44,959 nucleotides of DNA from Nitrospinae bacterium RIFCSPHIGHO2_02_FULL_39_82 (GTDB lineage: Bacteria; Nitrospinota; Nitrospinia; UBA9942). The translations under genes were made by a program, and so were the position numbers. The DNA lies in contig MHDI01000085.1 in NCBI GenBank assembly GCA_001804915.1, forward strand, positions 1 through 44,959, in the 5' to 3' direction. Positions 7,309 through 13,245 of the stretch are shown piece by piece (positions within the stretch are counted from its first letter, which is position 1; each line of letters begins with the position of its first letter). Below the pieces are notes generated by a model. That model was given only the letters and a program-made list of their open reading frames with translations. It searched no databases and was not told the DNA's origin.

Positions 7309-8204
7309 GAATCAAAGATATATTTAAATCTTAAAAATATATAATTTTTCTTAAAATCCTGATTTACATCATTGGAATCATTAAACAGATAACTATATTG
7401 ACAGAAAATTTTTGCTGATTTATCAATCTCATAGCTTAGCTCACTATATATCCTGGTATAACTATCCTTTCTCAGACTTGAATCCACCCACCAGTTATCA
7501 AAATTTAATAGCTGATATTGATAAATAAAATTCAATCCTGCTTTTTTAGAAAAATGATGCCATACACCAATGGATATATTCTGGCTGGTATAATCGTAAG
7601 AATCATTGTTAGATGAGTTTTTCTTATATGAATATCCTCCACCTATAGTTGTCCTCTCGCTTATCCCATGCAGCATAAACATGGATACCTCTGTCAGTTT
7701 ATCTTTTTGTTTATCACCGCCTGTCTGAATAGTTCTGTCAGGGAAATCTATATCTGAAAAGCCATAGGAATGTATCATCATAGTTTTGCCCATTAAGTAT
7801 TTTATAGATGGTAAAACTGCTGTTCTTCTATAGTTGTAAAGGGAGACTACTGAGTCATTGAATATCTCACCCTCACCTGATAATTCTATAGAAAGCCTAT
7901 CTGTAAAATAATGCTCATAGGCAGCATATCCGAAATTGTCAGTAAAATTTCCATTCATTCCCATAAAAAATCGCTGAAAGGTATAAGAGTAAGCCCCTGA
8001 GATAATATCCTGCTCTGATAGATTTGCATCAAAATCTATCCCCGGTCTGATTAAAAAGAGTCCATCCCTTGATACATCCTTTGATAGAAAATCAATGTTA
8101 TCATCGTTTCCCACACCTTCTGTTAGAGAAGGAGTAAGATTTACTGCATAAACAGAACTATTTAATGTTACTAAAATAAAGGCTATAGATATAACTTTTC
8201 GCAT
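7296..8204 (-). CDS. Putative outer-membrane beta-barrel protein, unknown function
   Basis: Signal peptide, then many Y/F-rich amphipathic strands. The C-terminal region (...NDSNDVNQDFKKNYIFLRFKYIF) is reminiscent of SN-x-x-x-(Y/F)-x-(K/R)N...F barrel termini (DUF560/Slam-like), from memory only. Confidence 0.45.
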   Translation of the reverse strand: MRKVISIAFILVTLNSSVYAVNLTPSLTEGVGNDDNIDFLSKDVSRDGLFLIRPGIDFDANLSEQDIISGAYSYTFQRFFMGMNGNFTDNFGYAAYEHYFTDRLSIELSGEGEIFNDSVVSLYNYRRTAVLPSIKYLMGKTMMIHSYGFSDIDFPDRTIQTGGDKQKDKLTEVSMFMLHGISERTTIGGGYSYKKNSSNNDSYDYTSQNISIGVWHHFSKKAGLNFIYQYQLLNFDNWWVDSSLRKDSYTRIYSELSYEIDKSAKIFCQYSYLFNDSNDVNQDFKKNYIFLRFKYIFDSWRI

Positions 8205-9022
8205 TATTCATCAGGCTGTGAAGATGCTATTTTTATTATCTCTTTCTCATCTACATCTCCTACAACTATGCAAAATACTCCGTCCTTTTTCCAGTGTGCA
8301 AAATTAAGATTATTTAATTTGCCTAATTGTATCATCTTCTTTTTTGTAATTTCCTCTTTAGCCTGAAAATATGAAAGTATCCTCTTTCCATCACCCATAA
8401 CCATATGGGCAACAGTAACACCTTTTATATTGCATACATCTCCTTTTATAAATTTGAACCCTTCAGGAAAATAGGTCGGGATAAATGCCTTAACACCCAT
8501 AGAATTTTCTATCTTCTGACTTAATTCATGTTCTGTCTTGCATAAATAATCCATGTGGCCTTCGCTCATGCATCTCTGATGTTCAAGAATATATAGTTTT
8601 AGGGGGGAAGATGTGGTATCCGATGTAGCAATGAAAATAAATAATAATAATGAGGCAGCGAGTGCCATACCTCTGTAAATAATACCGCTACCTCTATTCA
8701 TAATACTAATTTTATTTGATATTATAGCCCTTTCCTGTTTCCATGTTTTTGATATGAGAGGATATATTCTTTGACTCTTTTCAGAATAATTCTCTGCACC
8801 CAAGATAAAAACTTTATTTAAAATATTTTTTTGGGTCTCGCGGGATGCTGTTTTTGGCAACATAGATTTTAGGGATTGCCGGATAGCCTGGAGCATTTTA
8901 TATTCTCTTTCACAGAAATTGCACGAACTGATGTGCCTCTTTACCTCATCCGATTCTAAAGGGGTTAGTTCATTATCAATATATCCAGACAGCTTATCTC
9001 TTAATTCCTCACATACATTCAT
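8204..9022 (-). CDS. zf-HC2 (ZAS-type) membrane anti-sigma-factor-like protein with periplasmic C-terminal domain
   Basis: N-terminus reads CEELRDKLSGYIDNELTPLESDEVKRHISSCNFCEREY (H-x3-C-x2-C zinc motif). It has a single TM (GMALAASLLLFIFIA) and a roughly 140-aa periplasmic domain containing HQRCMSEGHMDYLC. Confidence 0.7.
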   Translation of the reverse strand: MNVCEELRDKLSGYIDNELTPLESDEVKRHISSCNFCEREYKMLQAIRQSLKSMLPKTASRETQKNILNKVFILGAENYSEKSQRIYPLISKTWKQERAIISNKISIMNRGSGIIYRGMALAASLLLFIFIATSDTTSSPLKLYILEHQRCMSEGHMDYLCKTEHELSQKIENSMGVKAFIPTYFPEGFKFIKGDVCNIKGVTVAHMVMGDGKRILSYFQAKEEITKKKMIQLGKLNNLNFAHWKKDGVFCIVVGDVDEKEIIKIASSQPDE

Positions 9023-9217
9023 ATTAAACCTCTAATCCTATTAAAATGTTTTATATTTAAAACAATCTATATCCCCAGAAGGTTCCCAAAATTTTAAGAA
9101 ATTTAGTTGAAGTGATATCTCCGGGTGGAAGAGGAGTTATAGACTGATATGTTTTCCTATGTCAGGATTTGGGATAGAGGACAAGGGCGTTAATGTATGG
9201 TATATTTATTTCAGGGT

Positions 9218-10531
9218 TTATCTTTCATTGACAATATCATCATCTGACATCTCACTTCTTTTTCTTTCTTCCTCTATTATCCTCTGCTCCAGAGCATCCA
9301 TCATCTTTTTTTCTTCAACCGAAAGTCTCTTCTTCATATCAATGATAAGTTCCTTTTCCGCATTCTCCATCTTTTTCTGAAAAGACATTAATCTTCTGGA
9401 CTTCTCGTTTTTTATTTCCTCATCAATATCCTTAAATTTATTTGTTTTCTCCTCTCCAATTTTTCTGAGCAGGTCTTCCCTTGCTACTTGCTCCTCTTCC
9501 ATCAGCTTCTTTTTTAACTTTTCCAGTTCCTTTGATTCTACAGTTTTAATTTTATCCTCCATTTCGGAAAGTTTTAGTTCTGGTAATTCAAATGCTTCAT
9601 ACTGTCTGTCCCGCCTTTCTTCTAATAAATCCATCAACTTTGAAGCAATATTGTGAATAAGTATAGAAGTTTTACTTTCCGGGGATGTCATTATAAAAGG
9701 TTTCATATCTTCCAGAGAATTTCTTACATCATTATTATCAGAGATATATCCAAGATATTCCAGTTTAAGATTAAGATTTTTTCTTACCATGGTTACAATA
9801 TCATTCCCAATATTTATATCTTCTGTATCTTTAACCATATTCAAGATAAGATGTGGTTGAAAATCTTTGATTATTGTATCTAATGTAGTATGAGCTGTTT
9901 TATCAATTTGCCCTAAACTATCCCTTATGTCTTCCATTGTCCTAATCTGTCCACTATTCCGGGGTTCCTTTGCAATATTTAACAAATTCACTATTTCATC
10001 ATTATCAGAGAAGGTATTTTCAAGTTTTTTAAAAATGATGTTTTTAAGATAAGTGTAGGTATTGGTAACAGAGGTAACCTCCGGGGTGCTGATGATTATG
10101 CTGCAGTCCGCAATGGTAAAAAAATCAATTGTATTAAAATTCATAGAAGGGCCTAAATCCAGTATCACATAATCAGAGTTTAACATCTGGATATTTTTAA
10201 TGAAATTATTCTTAAATGCGAAGGACATGCTGGTTGTTGCCGGGAGCCCTCCAGCATTGCTGATTAGTTTAAGACATTCAATGTCAGTATCTGTTGTGAT
10301 TTCCGTGAGGGCATTTTTCTTTCGTGATGCAAAATCATTTAGATTCAAGGAGGGCGACCTGATTCCAAATATAGCATGTTGATTTGGTATTTCAAAGCTG
10401 GCATCAATAAGAATAACCTTTCGTTTTGAAAGGGCTAAAGAAATGGCTAAATTTGCACCGATAATGCTCTTTCCAACACCACCCTTTCCGCTGCTTATTA
10501 CAATTATGTTCTTTTTTTTATCTTGAGACAT
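9218..10531 (-). CDS. FlhG/MinD/ParA-family P-loop ATPase with a roughly 140-aa charged coiled-coil C-terminal extension
   Basis: Deviant Walker A ISSGKGGVGKS, Walker B YVILDLGP and TPEVTSVTNTYTYLK (compare EPTSxTDAYalIK of FlhG). The C-terminus is E/K/R-rich heptads (…KELEKLKKKLMEEEQVAREDLLRKIGEEK…). Confidence 0.8.
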   Translation of the reverse strand: MSQDKKKNIIVISSGKGGVGKSIIGANLAISLALSKRKVILIDASFEIPNQHAIFGIRSPSLNLNDFASRKKNALTEITTDTDIECLKLISNAGGLPATTSMSFAFKNNFIKNIQMLNSDYVILDLGPSMNFNTIDFFTIADCSIIISTPEVTSVTNTYTYLKNIIFKKLENTFSDNDEIVNLLNIAKEPRNSGQIRTMEDIRDSLGQIDKTAHTTLDTIIKDFQPHLILNMVKDTEDINIGNDIVTMVRKNLNLKLEYLGYISDNNDVRNSLEDMKPFIMTSPESKTSILIHNIASKLMDLLEERRDRQYEAFELPELKLSEMEDKIKTVESKELEKLKKKLMEEEQVAREDLLRKIGEEKTNKFKDIDEEIKNEKSRRLMSFQKKMENAEKELIIDMKKRLSVEEKKMMDALEQRIIEEERKRSEMSDDDIVNER

Positions 10532-10555
10532 ATTGTTTTTAAGATTGTATCAAAT

Positions 10556-11221
10556 TCAAAAAGGAATTTTTTTTACTACGGCTAAACTTACAGCCTCTGC
10601 TACTTCTTCAAAAGTTACTGGTGTTGCCCTCATTGCCTCTACGGCAACTGTAGCCTGCCCGGAGGCTTCCCATACAATGTTTCCTGTAAGGGTATCCCAT
10701 AATTGAAGCGAGAGTTTAACTGTAGTTTCTCTTGTTGAAATAATGGACAAGCCGAGGGCTGAGAGTCTTATAGTGGTTGTTTCTACAAAGGATAGTAATC
10801 TCGGTTGGGCTATATACTGAACCTCAAGCGCATCCCCTATTTTTTTAAGGTAGTTTTTATTGAGTATTCCGGTAACATCATAATAATTTAACATAGAGGC
10901 ATAGATGTCTGTCAGGGCAGCATTATTGATGCTGTTTATTGTCTCTCTTGACGATATAATTACTATCTCTGGTTTTTCTTTTCTGAATGCCTTTTCTATT
11001 ATATCTGATACCCCTACCCTATATTCAGAAAGACCTCTCTCTCTTGAAACTGCAGTCGTAAGAAACCCGATACGGGAGTTACCTATATCTTTCAAAAGCG
11101 GAGAACGATAAAATTCATTTGCAGTTATGTTGGCTTGTTTAAACGGACCGCTACAACCTCCGGCAGAGGTTAGAAATAAAATAAGAGAGTAAATAAGTGC
11201 ATTTATTCTAATTTTTTCCAT
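10556..11221 (-). CDS. Putative lipoprotein, unknown function
   Basis: Lipobox LTSAGG|C after a signal helix, with a mixed alpha/beta mature domain. It overlaps the upstream DUF3343 gene by 19 nt. Confidence 0.5.
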   Translation of the reverse strand: MEKIRINALIYSLILFLTSAGGCSGPFKQANITANEFYRSPLLKDIGNSRIGFLTTAVSRERGLSEYRVGVSDIIEKAFRKEKPEIVIISSRETINSINNAALTDIYASMLNYYDVTGILNKNYLKKIGDALEVQYIAQPRLLSFVETTTIRLSALGLSIISTRETTVKLSLQLWDTLTGNIVWEASGQATVAVEAMRATPVTFEEVAEAVSLAVVKKIPF

Positions 11222-11454
11222 ATACCATTTTCATCAAAAGAAAATATACCTGATAGTTTTAAATTATTATCCTTACATATTCCTCTTACCTTTTCTCTGT
11301 CATTGCTGTCGAATTCCAATGCCATACTGCATTCAGAGGTAATAGAACGCGGCTTAATAATTGTTCTGAAATTTATGTCTCCTTTTATTAAAAATTTCTC
11401 TGCCCTGAGGGTTTCATGTGTGCTTATGAATAACGCTATATCCCTTTCCATCAT
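11203..11454 (-). CDS. DUF3343-family small protein (putative Se/S carrier-like)
   Basis: The sequence ALFISTHETLRAEKFLIKGDINFRTIIKPRSITSECSMALEFD follows the DUF3343 pattern, including its conserved Cys (x-S-x-C-G/S-x-A-L-x-F). Confidence 0.7.
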   Translation of the reverse strand: MMERDIALFISTHETLRAEKFLIKGDINFRTIIKPRSITSECSMALEFDSNDREKVRGICKDNNLKLSGIFSFDENGIWKKLE

Positions 11455-11574
11455 GGGAAGAATTTATCGTATTTTCTAAACTCAAGTTGTAATTTTTATT
11501 TATAATATGTTATTCTATTCAAGGCTAACGAATTAAAACTCTTTGGCCCTTAACTCTTTAAACTTAAACTTTCA

Positions 11575-11650
11575 GGGGCAGTAGCTCAGCTGGGAGAGCG
11601 CTTCGTTCGCAACGAAGAGGTCGGCGGTTCAATCCCGCTCTGCTCCACCA
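11575..11650 (+). tRNA. tRNA-Ala (anticodon CGC), CCA encoded
   Basis: Manual cloverleaf: GGGGCAG/TA/GCTC-AGCTGGGA-GAGC/G/CTTCG-TTCGCAA-CGAAG/AGGTC/GGCGG-TTCAATC-CCGCT/CTGCTCC/ACCA. The G3:U70 alanine identity pair is present. Confidence 0.93.
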
Positions 11651-11657
11651 GAAAACA

Positions 11658-11738
11658 CAGTGAATAGTGAACAGTGATTAGTAAACAGTAAGCAGTGGTT
11701 TGGTAGTTACTATTCACTGTTAACTGATTACTTTTTTT
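11658..11738 (+). repeat. Inverted heptamer arrays (CAGTGAA/TAGTGAA/CAGTAAG...) forming a hairpin followed by T7; terminator-like element between two tRNA genes
   Basis: Left arm 11658..11698, right arm tagttactattcactgttaactgattac, then ttttttt (11732..11738). tRNA-Val starts 5 nt later. Confidence 0.65.
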
Positions 11739-11743
11739 AACAT

Positions 11744-11818
11744 GGGCGGTTAACTCAGCGGTAGAGTGCCATCCTCACACGGTGGAAGTCGCAGGTTCAA
11801 ACCCTGTACCGCCCACCA
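11744..11818 (+). tRNA. tRNA-Val (anticodon CAC), CCA encoded
   Basis: Manual cloverleaf: GGGCGGT/TA/ACTC-AGCGGTA-GAGT/G/CCATC-CTCACAC-GGTGG/AAGTC/GCAGG-TTCAAAC-CCTGT/ACCGCCC/ACCA. Confidence 0.93.
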
Positions 11819-11895
11819 TAATAATCGACAATTCAATCTATAATCCTCTCTCCTATAACAATTTTGTTTTATTTCAGTTTCTATATAAATAAACA

Positions 11896-13245
11896 TTAAA
11901 TAAGGTATTTTATGAAAAATGTGGCAAGTCCGAGGAACGAAATAAAACCGATACAGTCTGTTAGAGTTGTAAGGAAGATTGATGAGGCAACGGCAGGGTC
12001 TATCTTAAGCCATTTTAAAACCAGCGGAATAATTATTCCAAAGAAGTTTGCAATGAATAGATTTATAATCATGGCAAGTCCTATGACTATCCCTAACATA
12101 TAGTTACCCTTCCAGTAATATGCGACTAACGCCATGATGGCGCCTGTTGCGATACCATTAAGCAATCCCGCTATTGTACTGTTTAAAAGTGCCTTTTTTG
12201 CATTGCCGAAATCAAGCTCGCCAAGTGCAATACCTCTTACAGTTACTGCCAGAGCCTGGGTCCCTGCGTTGCCTCCCATGCCAGCTACAATAGGCATGAA
12301 CATTGCCAATATCACCATAGCCTGAAGCGTATCCTGAAATAACCCTACAACAGATGCCGCAAGAATTGCAGTGGCAAGATTTATTACAAGCCACGGCAGT
12401 CGTATTCTGACAGATCTTAATGGAGGGTCCATAATCTTTTCATCCTGATATATACCTGCCATATGCAGCATATCTTCAGATGCCTCTTCTATCAGCACAT
12501 CTACAATATCATCTATGAGTATCCTTCCCATTAGTCTGTCTTCCTTATCTACAACAGCCAGAGATACTAAGTCATATTTTTTAAATACTCTCGCTACCTC
12601 TTCCTGGTCTGTATGGACATTTACAGAAATGATATGCCTGTCCATTACCCTTGATATAGGCGTCTCAGGTTTTATAAGTAACAGTTTTCTTACAGGCATA
12701 ACTCCAACCAATTGCCTGTTTTTATCTATGATAAATGTGTCATGTATATTGCCAATTTCTTCTGATATTGCCATAAATTGAATTATGGCATCCTCTACAA
12801 GTACTTCTTCACGAACAGACAGCAGTTCGGTATGCATAATACCGCCGGCAGTGTCTTCGGAATATTTCAGTAATTTCTGAACCTCTGCAGAATCCTTCCA
12901 CGGAAGATTTTCAAGAATTTTTTCAGCATTATCTTGAGGGAGGTCTGCTATCAGGTCTGCAGCCTTGTCAGAATCCATCACTCCTACAATATCCACGAGC
13001 CTCTCTCTGTTTATATCCTCTAAAATCTGTTCCCTTGAGCGGTCATCAATTTCAACTATAACTCTGGAGGCAACTTCAGCATGAAGGAGATTGAAGATTT
13101 CCCTCTTCTTATCCTCATCGAGGGTCTTTATAATATCTGCAATATCAGCGGGATGAAGTCCTGTGATATACTCCTTTATATACTCCCTCTCTCCCCCTTT
13201 TATTAAGTCATCAATATTTATTAAGTTACGATTGAATTCATTCAT
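11896..13245 (-). CDS. mgtE: Magnesium transporter MgtE
   Basis: N-terminal MgtE-N domain, tandem CBS region and a C-terminal 5-TM domain with MPIVAGMGGNAGTQ and the FLTTLTDCIGF motif. There is a 4-nt overlap with the upstream gene. Confidence 0.93.
   Translation of the reverse strand: MNEFNRNLINIDDLIKGGEREYIKEYITGLHPADIADIIKTLDEDKKREIFNLLHAEVASRVIVEIDDRSREQILEDINRERLVDIVGVMDSDKAADLIADLPQDNAEKILENLPWKDSAEVQKLLKYSEDTAGGIMHTELLSVREEVLVEDAIIQFMAISEEIGNIHDTFIIDKNRQLVGVMPVRKLLLIKPETPISRVMDRHIISVNVHTDQEEVARVFKKYDLVSLAVVDKEDRLMGRILIDDIVDVLIEEASEDMLHMAGIYQDEKIMDPPLRSVRIRLPWLVINLATAILAASVVGLFQDTLQAMVILAMFMPIVAGMGGNAGTQALAVTVRGIALGELDFGNAKKALLNSTIAGLLNGIATGAIMALVAYYWKGNYMLGIVIGLAMIINLFIANFFGIIIPLVLKWLKIDPAVASSIFLTTLTDCIGFISFLGLATFFIKYLI

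Noticed and set aside
9082-9086. GGAAC (minus strand) upstream of the anti-sigma gene as an ECF-type -35 element
   Set aside because: No matching CGTC/GTC-type -10 lies at 16-17 nt. A single pentamer is not evidence.
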